From: a virus
Lineage: Duplodnaviria; Caudoviricetes
Strand: one strand, 5' to 3'
DNA: 64,000 nucleotides
IMG/VR virus record: IMGVR_UViG_3300012979_000043
Span: 5,615 to 69,614 of that record
Shown here: positions 30,386 to 39,656 of the stretch, piece by piece
Layout: each line of letters begins with the position of its first letter
How positions within the stretch are numbered: the first letter of the stretch is position 1
Made by a program: the position numbers and the translations under genes
The notes under the pieces: model-generated
What the model saw: the letters and a program-made list of their open reading frames with translations, nothing else
The model's database searches: none
Told to the model about the DNA's origin: nothing

Positions 30386-30640
30386 CTAACAATAAGTTCT
30401 TTGTTCAAACATTTTTAATTTTTTAATTCTAATAGATTCAATAATTTGTCTTTCAATACTTGTTGGTTTTTGAACCAATGCAACATATTCAGGTGTTGGT
30501 GGCAAACTATTTTGAATTTCAAATTTTTTACCTTCAATACATGGTGGTAATGAATTGTCACAATCAAATGTTGGTGGCAATGTGTTTGCAAATACTGTAT
30601 TAATTGATAACATTGCCAATATTAAACTTTCTTTTTTCAT
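30386..30640 (-). CDS. hypothetical protein with signal peptide
   Basis: MKKESLILAMLSINTVFA. Confidence 0.6.
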   Translation of the reverse strand: MKKESLILAMLSINTVFANTLPPTFDCDNSLPPCIEGKKFEIQNSLPPTPEYVALVQKPTSIERQIIESIRIKKLKMFEQRTYC

Positions 30641-30737
30641 ATAAAAAATCCTTCCTTATTTTAAAGTGTGTGAAAACTTATTTATCATATTAGGAAAGAT
30701 ATTATATATTATATTATTTTTAATGTCAATATATTTT

Positions 30738-30830
30738 TGGCGGAAACAGTAGGATTCGAACCTACGGTGGAATTATTATTCCACGACAGATTAGCAATCT
30801 GCTGGTTTAAACCAACTCACCCATGTTTCC
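30738..30830 (-). tRNA. tRNA-Ser(GCT)
   Basis: Loop TT-GCT-AA, long variable arm, CCA. Confidence 0.93.
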
Positions 30831-31005
30831 ATTTAAGTTGGTTGTTTTATAATTATGCCAGGCAAAAACAACAAAAAACCATAAGATGCCCAATGTTAAC
30901 TACTAGTATTATGTCAACCCATATATGTTAATTCATATGACCCGATTTTCACTATAAAGAAGTGGGGTGAGCATATTAAAAAACTATAATTGTTCAATAT
31001 TTTAT

Positions 31006-31081
31006 TGGGGTGAATGGTGGGTGCTGACCCCACGACCCCTGCAGTCACAATGCAGTATTCTACCGCTGAACTACATTCACC
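31006..31081 (-). tRNA. tRNA-His(GTG)
   Basis: Loop TT-GTG-AC, G-1:C73, atypical T loop GTCAGCA, CCA. Confidence 0.88.
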
Positions 31082-31110
31082 ATAAACTTATTTTATTGAT
31101 TTTAATGAAA

Positions 31111-31443
31111 TTAATGTTTTAATTCATCAATTGTATAATTATTTTTTTGAATGAAAAAATACTTAATATCTTTTTCAATATTATTTAATAAATCATTTGG
31201 GTCTTTATAAGATTTCTTTAATCCATTTACAGAATATAATTGAAAATATGTTTCATCTAATCTTGTTTTAACAGTTAATTTAAGTAATGGCATACCATCA
31301 TCTTTATATCCAGAAATATATAATTCAAACATATTATAATAATTATAAATCTTTAATTTAGGAAATTTAAGTTTTACCATAAAATCATATTCATCAAATA
31401 TTTCTTTAATTGTTTCTTTAAGTTTCAATTTATCAATTTTCAT
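31111..31443 (-). CDS. hypothetical protein
   Basis: 110 aa ORF. Confidence 0.6.
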   Translation of the reverse strand: MKIDKLKLKETIKEIFDEYDFMVKLKFPKLKIYNYYNMFELYISGYKDDGMPLLKLTVKTRLDETYFQLYSVNGLKKSYKDPNDLLNNIEKDIKYFFIQKNNYTIDELKH

Positions 31444-31467
31444 TTTTTATATTTCCTATCAAATAAT

Positions 31468-31544
31468 TGGCGGGAGTGATGGAGCTCGAATCCACGACCT
31501 CAACATTGACAGTGTTGCGCTCTAACCAACTGAGCTACACCCCC
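31468..31544 (-). tRNA. tRNA-Asp(GTC)
   Basis: Loop CT-GTC-AA, CCA. Confidence 0.95.
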
Positions 31545-31560
31545 ATATCTTATAAAACTA

Positions 31561-31589
31561 TTTATATCATAATATCATTCTCTTGTCAA
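31561..31589 (-). promoter_or_regulatory. sigma70-type promoter
   Basis: AAAAAGTTC TTGACA-17 nt-TATAAA. Confidence 0.75.
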
Positions 31590-31609
31590 GAACTTTTTCA
31601 TCATTTATC

Positions 31610-31915
31610 TCACCAATTTTTTGAAAGAAAACCCACATAAGTTTTACCGTATTCTCTTACTAAATAAACTTCACAAGCATATTCAAATTCTCTATATCTA
31701 TCACCACCAGCAATTGGAGCATCTGATGGTAATGTTTTAAGTAATTCTATTAACTGTCCAACATTTTGTATTGGTTGCTTTTGAATTAATTGACCTTTTG
31801 GAGAATTTTGCCATTTTTTATTTTCTTCTGGGTCTAAAATAATAGTTTCATCTAATTGAACACCAGCAAGTCCTAATACTTCATTAATTTGATTATCAAT
31901 GTCATTTTTAATCAT
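31610..31915 (-). CDS. hypothetical protein with head-protein-like leader
   Basis: N-terminal INEVLGLAGVQLDE. Confidence 0.6.
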   Translation of the reverse strand: MIKNDIDNQINEVLGLAGVQLDETIILDPEENKKWQNSPKGQLIQKQPIQNVGQLIELLKTLPSDAPIAGGDRYREFEYACEVYLVREYGKTYVGFLSKNW

Positions 31916-31991
31916 ATAATATTTCCCTTTAATACATTCATATTAAATATTTATTATCATCAGATTTATGTAAGGATTGTTTTAAATAATT

Positions 31992-32067
31992 TGGTGGAGA
32001 ATAAGAGATTCGAACTCTTGACCTTCTGAATGCAAATCAGACGCTCTCCCAACTGAGCTAATCCCCC
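31992..32067 (-). tRNA. tRNA-Ala(TGC)
   Basis: Loop TT-TGC-AT, G3:U70, CCA. Confidence 0.95.
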
Positions 32068-32160
32068 TTAATGTTTTTATTTATTATAATATTTCTTTCT
32101 ATATGTATTAATATATAATTATTTGGAACTAATGTCAGTTATTATTTTTTAAAAAATATA

Positions 32161-32236
<76 letters not shown>

Positions 32237-32256
32237 ATAATCATATTTATATTCTT

Positions 32257-32331
32257 TGGCGACCCTAACGGGATTTGAACCCATATTGCCACATTGAAAG
32301 CGTGGTGTCCTAACCATTAGACGATAGGGTC
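32257..32331 (-). tRNA. tRNA-Glu(TTC)
   Basis: Loop CT-TTC-AA, CCA. Confidence 0.93.
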
Positions 32332-32335
32332 TTGT

Positions 32336-32411
32336 TGCAGGAGTTTATTGGAATTGCACCAATTCGGTGTGCACACCTTTTCTATTTACCTGTGGCTAAC
32401 AGTTTATCTCC
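32336..32411 (-). ncRNA. 76-nt tRNA-like element without a normal anticodon arm
   Basis: GGAG/CTCC partial acceptor, CTGT/ACAG stem, T arm ATTGG-TGCAATT-CCAAT, ends GCA. Confidence 0.45.
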
Positions 32412-32418
32412 ATAGGTA

Positions 32419-32491
32419 TTGCAGAGATGGGATTTGCACCCATGACCTCTGGCGTATGAGACCAGCAAGCTACTATCTGCTCTACTCTGCT
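32419..32491 (-). tRNA. tRNA-Met(CAT), initiator-like
   Basis: A1-A72 mismatch, A11:U24, loop CT-CAT-AC; no encoded CCA. Confidence 0.85.
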
Positions 32492-32499
32492 AAAAAAAT

Positions 32500-32768
32500 T
32501 GGCTGGCTAAACAGGACTCGAACCTGTAACCACCTGATTACTTTACCACTATAGTTTTCACTACCTATTTCTAGTTTGTGGTCTGGACTTTGTCTTCATC
32601 TCATTGAGATGGATGGTATAAAGTCTCTACACATAGATTATTTCTAATCCTTGCTCGGCGTTGCCATTTTAAAGGTTTCACCGACTTAGCCATCTTATCA
32701 CTTATAAATCGCTTTATAAGGCTGCTAATATTTTACAGTCAGGGGCTCTACCATTGAGCTATTAGCCA
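32500..32768 (-). tRNA. tRNA-Asn(GTT) with group I intron
   Basis: Exons 32768-32735 and 32540-32500 join to CCTGA-CT-GT|T-AA-TCAGG; CCA. Confidence 0.9.
32541..32734 (-). mobile_element. group I intron (IC3-like, ORF-less, 194 nt) at tRNA position 35/36
   Basis: 5' exon ends in T, intron ends in G; TCGGTGAAACC, AACGCCGAG, GTAGAGACT, AAAGTCC core elements. Confidence 0.9.
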
Positions 32769-32828
32769 ATAAATTTCATATTCACTATGTCTTTATTTAT
32801 TATATCATACTATATATTTTATAATATG

Positions 32829-33356
32829 TCAAGAATTATTTTTATATTTTTTATAATGACTCATAATTGTATTACGATTTATATTCAATTCTTTTGCAAT
32901 TTGATGATATGATTTATTTTCTACATCTTTCATATATACAATTTTTTCATCAACATCTTTACCATACTTATATGTTTTACTATGGGTTTCATACAAACTA
33001 TTTTTCTTATCTAAAAATTCTTTTGCATGTATTTCTCTATGACAATTAGCACAAACACAAATGCATTTATCTAATTCTTCTTGAACTCGTTTCCAACTTC
33101 TTGTACATCCATCTTTACAGATTCCAAATTCTTTTTGTGTTGGGTCTAAATGATGAAAATCTAATGCTTCAATACACTTATTATATCCACAAATTTCACA
33201 TTTACCACCTTTATATTCAACTGCTTTTTCTTTCAAACGATATCTTCTTATTTGTACAAGTTCTAATCTACATTTTTTACATCTCCATCGTTTATCTTGT
33301 TTTTCATAAACAAAGGGTGTTTCACCATGTATCTGACAAGTTCTAATTTCTTCCAT
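32829..33356 (-). CDS. free-standing HNH endonuclease
   Basis: CEICGY....LDFHHLDP..KEF...CICVCANCHREIH; C-terminal HTH. Confidence 0.88.
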   Translation of the reverse strand: MEEIRTCQIHGETPFVYEKQDKRWRCKKCRLELVQIRRYRLKEKAVEYKGGKCEICGYNKCIEALDFHHLDPTQKEFGICKDGCTRSWKRVQEELDKCICVCANCHREIHAKEFLDKKNSLYETHSKTYKYGKDVDEKIVYMKDVENKSYHQIAKELNINRNTIMSHYKKYKNNS

Positions 33357-33427
33357 AATTTATTATCTCCTCTTTAATGAAAGAATATCACATAACAAAA
33401 TCATTGTCAAGAATTATTTTTTAAAAA

Positions 33428-33505
33428 TGGTAGGGAAGGAAGGACTCGAACCTTCAAACCTGAGATTTATAAGATCCCCGTGCCAACCAGTCACACCGCT
33501 TCCCC
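33428..33505 (-). tRNA. tRNA-Ile(TAT)
   Basis: GGGAT-CT-TAT-AA-ATCTC, A73, CCA. Confidence 0.85.
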
Positions 33506-33742
33506 ATAATTAATTACATACACCGTTTATCCAATGTTTATCTCCAACCAAACATGTGCCAACGGTTAGAAGTGCCTATCCAATGATATGGTCTTGAATG
33601 TTTAATGATTACATATTAACTAATTTACAACAACTTTCTTTATGTTATTAATTATATCATAATTTGAAACCATTGTCAATAGAATTTTTTAATTATTTTT
33701 GGAGTAAGTTGTTTGGAATGATAACATAAACTGTATAATAAA

Positions 33743-34056
33743 TGGCGGACGCAGAAGGATTTGAACCTTCGGATGCCTTACAGCATCGCCAGTTTTCCTT
33801 ACCAACTATAGTTTTCACTACATAGTTATATCTAACTACTTTGTGGTCCGGACTTTACCTTCATCTTCAACATTACTTGTTCAGATGCCTACCGTCAAGT
33901 CTCTACACCTTACATATTTCTATGTCTTGGCTCGGTATTGCCATTTTACAGGTTTCACCGAATTTGATAGGTTCTACTCATATATTTCTATATGGCACTC
34001 GTTTTCTGATTCATTAGGAATAAGACTGGTGCAATCAACCACTCTGCCATACGTCC
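33743..34056 (-). tRNA. tRNA-Ser(TGA) with group I intron
   Basis: Exons 34056-34022 and 33797-33743 join to CCAGT-CT-T|GA-AA-ACTGG; long variable arm, G73, CCA. Confidence 0.9.
33798..34021 (-). mobile_element. group I intron (IC3-like, ORF-less, 224 nt) at tRNA position 34/35
   Basis: TTCGGTGAAACC, GCAATACCGAGCC, GTGTAGAGACTTGAC, GGTAAAGTCC, terminal G. Confidence 0.9.
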
Positions 34057-34098
34057 TTAATACTCATACATATTTACTATTTTTAACAACTTTATTTA

Positions 34099-34476
34099 TT
34101 ACCAAACACCTTTTCTTTTCTTTCTATCACTATTTTTATTTTTAGATTTATATGTTGGTAATTGTGCATCACAATTACAACAAACCAATCTTAAATTTTC
34201 TAATCTATTGTCATTTGCTCTACCATTAATATGGTCTAAAACTAATGGGATTAAACTACCCATCCAATTTTCTTCACCACATATTTCACATTTATGACCT
34301 CTTGTTTCAATAATATATTTTTTTATTTGTCTCCAATCACAACCAATCCCATTATTTTCTTCAACTTGTTTCATTTTTTCATTATGATGATATTTTATCA
34401 TACAATCTTTAGAACAAAATTGTGATGTTTTGTGTTTTGGTTTAAATTCTTTTCCACATTGTTTACAAATATACAT
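34099..34476 (-). CDS. free-standing HNH endonuclease
   Basis: CEICG...LVLDHING...DNRLENLRLVCCNCD. Confidence 0.88.
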   Translation of the reverse strand: MYICKQCGKEFKPKHKTSQFCSKDCMIKYHHNEKMKQVEENNGIGCDWRQIKKYIIETRGHKCEICGEENWMGSLIPLVLDHINGRANDNRLENLRLVCCNCDAQLPTYKSKNKNSDRKKRKGVW

Positions 34477-34539
34477 TTTTTACCCATTCTTTTCATAATC
34501 TTAATATATTATATCACTTTTAATTTATATTTTCAATAA

Positions 34540-34851
34540 TTATTTTGTAAAATCTGAATGATATTTTTCATTAATCAAATCAACATCACCACCAACATAC
34601 CATTCATATTTTCTTACTCTGCTTTGTCTATCTGTATATTTAGAGACAATAGTTGGTTTAAAACCATATTTCTTTTCATATGCTTCTACAAAACAAGGTG
34701 CATCAGCATCTTCTTCCAAATAAAGATATTCACCTCTTACATGAGAAAATCCTGTAATAAGTTTTTCTACACCAACTTCTTTTACTTCAGATTCTTTAAC
34801 TTTTAACCAACCATGTGATGGGTCTGAATACATAGTAAATGATTTTCTCAT
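34540..34851 (-). CDS. conserved hypothetical protein
   Basis: SDPSHGWLKV...YLYLEED.DA. Confidence 0.7.
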   Translation of the reverse strand: MRKSFTMYSDPSHGWLKVKESEVKEVGVEKLITGFSHVRGEYLYLEEDADAPCFVEAYEKKYGFKPTIVSKYTDRQSRVRKYEWYVGGDVDLINEKYHSDFTK

Positions 34852-35242
34852 AATGATTTCCTTTCATCTGTTGTTTTCTTGATAGATGTAATATATCATA
34901 ATTAGAAACCATTGTCAAGAGATTATTTTAAATTATTTGGATGAATGTCATACTTTTTTATATACATCTCACTTTTGACCACTCAAATCTATTACTCCTC
35001 ATTCCACAAAGCATTATTGTGTTAGGTAGATAAGCGTCTGACATTGTTTATTGTTTGGCTTTCCACCAAACTTGCTGGGTTTGGAGATAAGGGAGTATCC
35101 CAACTACATTTTACCTATAACCTAAGTTACAGAACCTTACGGATTTGGTTGCCACCAGACTATTAATATATAGGCTTACCAACAAGGGCATTTCTGAACT
35201 TGATTTGTTACCATTCAACACCAACCTATATATCTCAAAAAA

Positions 35243-35317
35243 TGGAGCGACCAGTGGGAATTGAACCCACATCCTCAGCTTGGAAGGCTGTAATAATAAC
35301 CATTATACTATGGTCGC
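35243..35317 (-). tRNA. tRNA-Gly(TCC)
   Basis: Loop CT-TCC-AA, U73, CCA. Confidence 0.92.
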
Positions 35318-35506
35318 ATTTGCTGTTATGTATTACTTTTTACTTGGTCTATGTTTAGCCTTGGGTAGCAATAGGATAACATAGTCTTTGACATATCACA
35401 GCTTATTCAAAGAAAACTCCTATTAGTGCTTTGGGTGATTACCCCTATCATCTGTGTATTAGATTTACATACATAACATTCTCCAACATAGAAAGAGAAA
35501 TTCAAA

Positions 35507-35580
35507 TGGTTACCTCATCTGGACTCGAACCAAAAATAACAAGATCAAAACCTGCTGTGATACCATTTCACCATGAGGTA
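35507..35580 (-). tRNA. tRNA-Gln(TTG)
   Basis: Loop TT-TTG-AT, U1:A72, CCA. Confidence 0.9.
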
Positions 35581-35585
35581 ATAAA

Positions 35586-35659
35586 TGGTAGACCCTGACA
35601 GTGCTGCCCTGCCGACTCAACCGTGTAAAGGTTATGTGATACTGTTTCACCAAGGGTCC
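35586..35659 (-). tRNA. tRNA-Val(TAC)
   Basis: Loop TT-TAC-AC, atypical T loop GGCAGCA, CCA. Confidence 0.85.
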
Positions 35660-35660
35660 A

Positions 35661-36504
35661 TTATTTTTTATGTTTCATACTTGCTCTATATTTTCCAGAA
35701 CAGTACAAGCAACAAAAATGATTTTTATGTTTTAATCGTGATTTCTTATTAGTTTTTATTTCCTTGCCACAATAATCACAGTTTAGTATATATAATGGTT
35801 TATAATCATCATATAATTCATAAAAATTATTTTGTCCCTTATTATATATTTTTTTTATTATATGTATCAGCTACATATTTCATTTCTTTAATTATATTAT
35901 CATAATACAATAATTTATACTCTTTATCACCAATAGACATTTCTTTAATAGAAACATCACCTCTATCATAGCCCTTTATTTCTGTTATAATTCCTTCAAC
36001 AACAAAGTCAGGATGATATGTATGTTTCTCACCATTTAATTCATATTCAAATACTTCATTACATCTCTTAATATCTATATTATGGTCTAAGCAATAAATT
36101 AAATATGCCAATTCATAAGTACTATCACACCATATACCCTTATAATATCCAGAATATGATTTTCTGTGCCCCTTTAATCTATAACCACCACCCATATCAG
36201 AACCTTTTAATTTTCTTGTTTTATATTGGAGTAATTGACAACAATGATTTGAACAGGTTTTCCTCTGACTTTTTCTATATTTTATTCTTTCAACTTCAAA
36301 TTCTTTACCACATATAACACAATTTCTAATTATTTTATCAAAATGTAAATTTCTCATTGTAATGGATAGCTTTTTTCTATCTACAAATGAATGACTATAT
36401 GCTGATGCACATTTTCTACAACAAAAATCACCAGAAGAATATTTGCTATATTTTTCTGTAAAAACTTTACCACATTGTTTGCATATATATTTTTTATGTT
36501 TCAT
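35661..36504 (-). pseudogene. PD-(D/E)XK (TnsA-N-like) endonuclease, apparently frameshifted at an A8 run
   Basis: GIWCDSTYELAY...YHPDF...EIKGY in 35842..36504; shifted frame 35849-35661 continues FYELYDDYKP...CDYCGKE...CCLYC. Confidence 0.65.
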
Positions 36505-36527
36505 ATATTCATTATATCACAATTTAA

Positions 36528-37187
36528 TTAATCATTCAATAATTTTATAATTCTTTTATCATTTTCACAAAAACATTTAACAGATGTTCTAAAACAATTG
36601 TCTTTCAAAGACTCATGTCTTATACATGATATGTGTTCTTCATTATCAAATAATGCACCACAACACCATATTATAACATTCTTATTGTTGGTATCTTCAA
36701 ATATCAATTTACTTCTTCTATCTTTTTGATTACCTTCATACCCCTCAAATCTATGTATAAATTCGGTTTTATGAGATAATTTACCTGTGATTATTTGACT
36801 ACCACCAAGGAAATAACAACTATCTGCTATTGATAATGCTTTATCAACAAACTTTGTTAATTCTGAAAATGGTGGATTTCCTATTATAAAAACATCTTCC
36901 AATGTATTATATTCATAAAAATCTTGTTTAATAACTTTATCATTTAATGGTTTTAAATCAAAAGATTGACATTTAATACCATATTGTTCTATTACTTCTT
37001 GCCATCTACCATCACCAGCACATGGGTCAATCCATAACTTATTTTTCAATTCAGGTTTTATTTTCAATATTGATTGAACAATTTTATGAATAACATCTGT
37101 TGGAGTTTTATATAATTCTCTACCAAAACCTCTTGTATCAGTTTCTCTTTTGAAAAATGTTAAACTCTGTTCATATGTTCTTTTCAT
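36528..37187 (-). CDS. amino-(adenine)-methyltransferase-like protein
   Basis: IDPCAGDG and IIGNPPF motifs; start moved to MKRTYEQ because the listed N-terminus overlaps tRNA-Leu. Confidence 0.75.
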   Translation of the reverse strand: MKRTYEQSLTFFKRETDTRGFGRELYKTPTDVIHKIVQSILKIKPELKNKLWIDPCAGDGRWQEVIEQYGIKCQSFDLKPLNDKVIKQDFYEYNTLEDVFIIGNPPFSELTKFVDKALSIADSCYFLGGSQIITGKLSHKTEFIHRFEGYEGNQKDRRSKLIFEDTNNKNVIIWCCGALFDNEEHISCIRHESLKDNCFRTSVKCFCENDKRIIKLLND

Positions 37188-37211
37188 AATTATATACCCT
37201 TTGAATGTAAA

Positions 37212-37298
37212 TGGTGGGCATACCCAGAGTCGAACTGGGATGGATTTACATCCGACAGATTTTAAGTCTGTTGCGTCTACCAATTCCGCCATACGCCC
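37212..37298 (-). tRNA. tRNA-Leu(TAA)
   Basis: Loop CT-TAA-AA, long variable arm, CCA. Confidence 0.95.
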
Positions 37299-37305
37299 AA
37301 AAATT

Positions 37306-37381
37306 TGGCCTCCTTACCAGGATTTGAACCTAGAATACAAGTTTAGAAGACTCGTGTGATATCCAATTTCACCATAAGGAG
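37306..37381 (-). tRNA. tRNA-Arg(TCT)
   Basis: Loop CT-TCT-AA, CCA. Confidence 0.92.
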
Positions 37382-37385
37382 TATA

Positions 37386-38066
37386 TTATATATTCTTAAA
37401 AGTTTCTTTGAATTTTTTTACATATTCATCAACTTTATCTTTAATTAATTCCTTAAATTTTGAGTGCCAATATGCATGATGTGTTGGACATAAAGGAATT
37501 AAATTATTAGGATTATTATTATAATGATTTTCATCATAATGATGTACTGCTACAATATTTTCTTCACCACAAATACAGCATTTATGAGGATGATGGAGAA
37601 AACAAATTTTTTGATGTATTTTTGATGTAACACCATGTTTTTCTCTATATTCTTTTCTTTTTTTCTTTTCTAATTCTTGCCTATATCTGGCATTTTTTAA
37701 TTTTTCAATATCACCACCATTTAATTCTACATATTTTTTGAACATTCCATTATTTTCACCACTTCTAAAATATGTATTAGAACAAGCATTTGAACAACAA
37801 ACTTGTTTTGATGCTTTCTTTGATGTTTCTGTAAAAAATTCTTTACCACACACTGGACAAACTTTTTTAATATGATACTTATTAAAATAATTTTCTTTAA
37901 TAATGTCCATATCAAGATTTAGTTCTTTAATTTTAGAATTAATAAATCTCATAGAAGAACCATTATTTGGTATATTAAAATATCTTATAATATCAGATTT
38001 ATTTGTTGCCTCATTAAAAACATTTATAAAATCCTTATCTGTAATTCTATCAAATCTATTATCCAT
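37386..38066 (-). CDS. free-standing HNH endonuclease
   Basis: CCICG....VHHYDENH.NN.P.NLIPLCPTHH; start moved to MDNRF. Confidence 0.85.
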   Translation of the reverse strand: MDNRFDRITDKDFINVFNEATNKSDIIRYFNIPNNGSSMRFINSKIKELNLDMDIIKENYFNKYHIKKVCPVCGKEFFTETSKKASKQVCCSNACSNTYFRSGENNGMFKKYVELNGGDIEKLKNARYRQELEKKKRKEYREKHGVTSKIHQKICFLHHPHKCCICGEENIVAVHHYDENHYNNNPNNLIPLCPTHHAYWHSKFKELIKDKVDEYVKKFKETFKNI

Positions 38067-38096
38067 TATAATAACCCTTAATTTATTTATTAAAAT

Positions 38097-38415
38097 TGGT
38101 CGGAGCAAGGTGATTCGAACACCTGACCACCTGTCAATATGTTATCGTAAAGCTTTTTATCTTTACTTCTTATTGTTTCCAATAAGTTCGGCATACATTT
38201 TCATCTATTAAGATGTCCAGCACTCGTGGGAAGATTATATTTATTCACTTCCTATGCTCTACGATGTTCAATGACCTATTCGCAATTCATTGAATTATCT
38301 CGGTATTATCATTTTACAGACTTCACCGATATTGCTGGATTTATACTATCAAACAATGATAGTAGGGCACAATTTTACCCAAAACAGGTGCGCTACCAGA
38401 CTGCGCTATGCTCCG
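38097..38415 (-). tRNA. tRNA-Pro(TGG) with group I intron
   Basis: Exons 38415-38377 and 38134-38097 join to CCTGT-TT-TGG-GT|ACAGG; CCA. Confidence 0.88.
38135..38376 (-). mobile_element. group I intron (ORF-less, 242 nt) at tRNA position 38/39
   Basis: P1 GGGU/GCCC with U.G at the splice site; TCGGTGAAG, AATACCGAG, P7 GCATA/TATGC; terminal G. Confidence 0.82.
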
Positions 38416-38635
38416 ATTAAAAAATCTCTGGTTCAAGTTTCATTAATATTATATAAAAGATACCCTACGATTCTCCTCTGCAGCATAAATCGGTACTCTA
38501 CTGTAATATATAATAGTTTCTTTAATTTTCCAATAGCAGAAACCCAACCAAAAAACATCTACAATCACAATTTCTTATTCTTATTTTTAACCTATAGGTG
38601 GGAGAAACTGTAAACAACCCCAAAAGGATAATATT

Positions 38636-38709
38636 TGGCAGGAGTAGAAGGATTTGAACCCACACTGACGGTTTTGGAGACCGGTATGCTACCATTACAC
38701 CATACTCCT
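38636..38709 (-). tRNA. tRNA-Trp(CCA)
   Basis: Loop CT-CCA-AA, CCA. Confidence 0.93.
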
Positions 38710-38715
38710 ATAAAA

Positions 38716-38791
38716 TGGTTGTCCTGGGTAGAGTTGAACTACCGTTTATGCTTTATCAGAACATCGTCTTAAACCGTTGGACCACAGGACA
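38716..38791 (-). tRNA. tRNA-Ile(GAT)
   Basis: Loop CT-GAT-AA, CCA. Confidence 0.9.
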
Positions 38792-38796
38792 ATATA

Positions 38797-39345
38797 TTAT
38801 TTTTTTAATTTTAAATATCTTTTTTTGACAGCCTGCCATGAAATATTTAATTCTTTTGCTATTGACTGTATACTTTTATTTTCTTTTTCAATTAAACTAA
38901 TTAAATCATATTTACTCCAATCAACCTTTTGTTGTGATTGACAAGCACATGAGTGACAACAATATTTCTTTGTTATTTCTTTTTCAGAACCACATATAGG
39001 ACAGTTATCATAATATTTTTCAACCCTATGCAATGGGTCATACCCATCAACCAATGTTTCATCAAAATATTTCTTTGTCATATCAATTTGAACCAAACCT
39101 TGATGTATTTCTCTATGACAATTAGCACAAACACAGATGCATTTTTTTAATTCTTTATAGATTTCATCCCATTTTAATATTAAATTATTGGATAATGCTT
39201 TTTCCTTTGTATTTGGATCCAAATGATGAAATTCCAATGCTTCATTACATCTATCATAACCACATAGTTGGCATTTAGAACCAAATCCATCCAACATTAA
39301 CTGTTTTCTGTGTTTCCTAAATATTTTTATATCTTTATATGACAT
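38797..39345 (-). CDS. free-standing HNH endonuclease
   Basis: CQLCGY....LEFHHLDP..KE...CICVCANCHREIH; paralogue of 32829..33356. Confidence 0.88.
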   Translation of the reverse strand: MSYKDIKIFRKHRKQLMLDGFGSKCQLCGYDRCNEALEFHHLDPNTKEKALSNNLILKWDEIYKELKKCICVCANCHREIHQGLVQIDMTKKYFDETLVDGYDPLHRVEKYYDNCPICGSEKEITKKYCCHSCACQSQQKVDWSKYDLISLIEKENKSIQSIAKELNISWQAVKKRYLKLKK

Positions 39346-39586
39346 TGTATAACCCTTTTTAATATATTTATCAAAGAATGATAAATAATATAGATTAAGT
39401 TATATATCATTCTATATAAAATCGCCAAGAGTTTTTGTATTAAGTTTTTTAAATGAAAACTTTGGAGAAACTCTGCCACTAAACCATCTTAAACTATATG
39501 CACATCATTGCAATAATGGTTCTTTATAATTAAGGTTAGCTATTCCTTTATAAAGAATATTGTTGAAGTATATATCCCTTAATAGC

Positions 39587-39656
39587 ATGATATGATAGGA
39601 TTCGAACCTATGACCACCAACATTAAGTCGGTGCTCTACCACTGAGCTACATATCC
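39587..39656 (-). pseudogene. degenerate tRNA
   Basis: Canonical D and T arms but shortened anticodon loop (CCGAC-TTAAT-GTTGG), 1:72 mismatch, no CCA. Confidence 0.6.

Noticed and set aside
34985-35235. RNase P RNA or tmRNA
   Set aside because: No GAGGAAAGUCC/CGGCUU P4 pair and no Ala-type acceptor with a tag ORF; kept only as an unassigned RNA
38420-38630. tmRNA-like start GGGGTTG after tRNA-Trp
   Set aside because: No matching 3' T arm and CCA, and no ALAA-type tag
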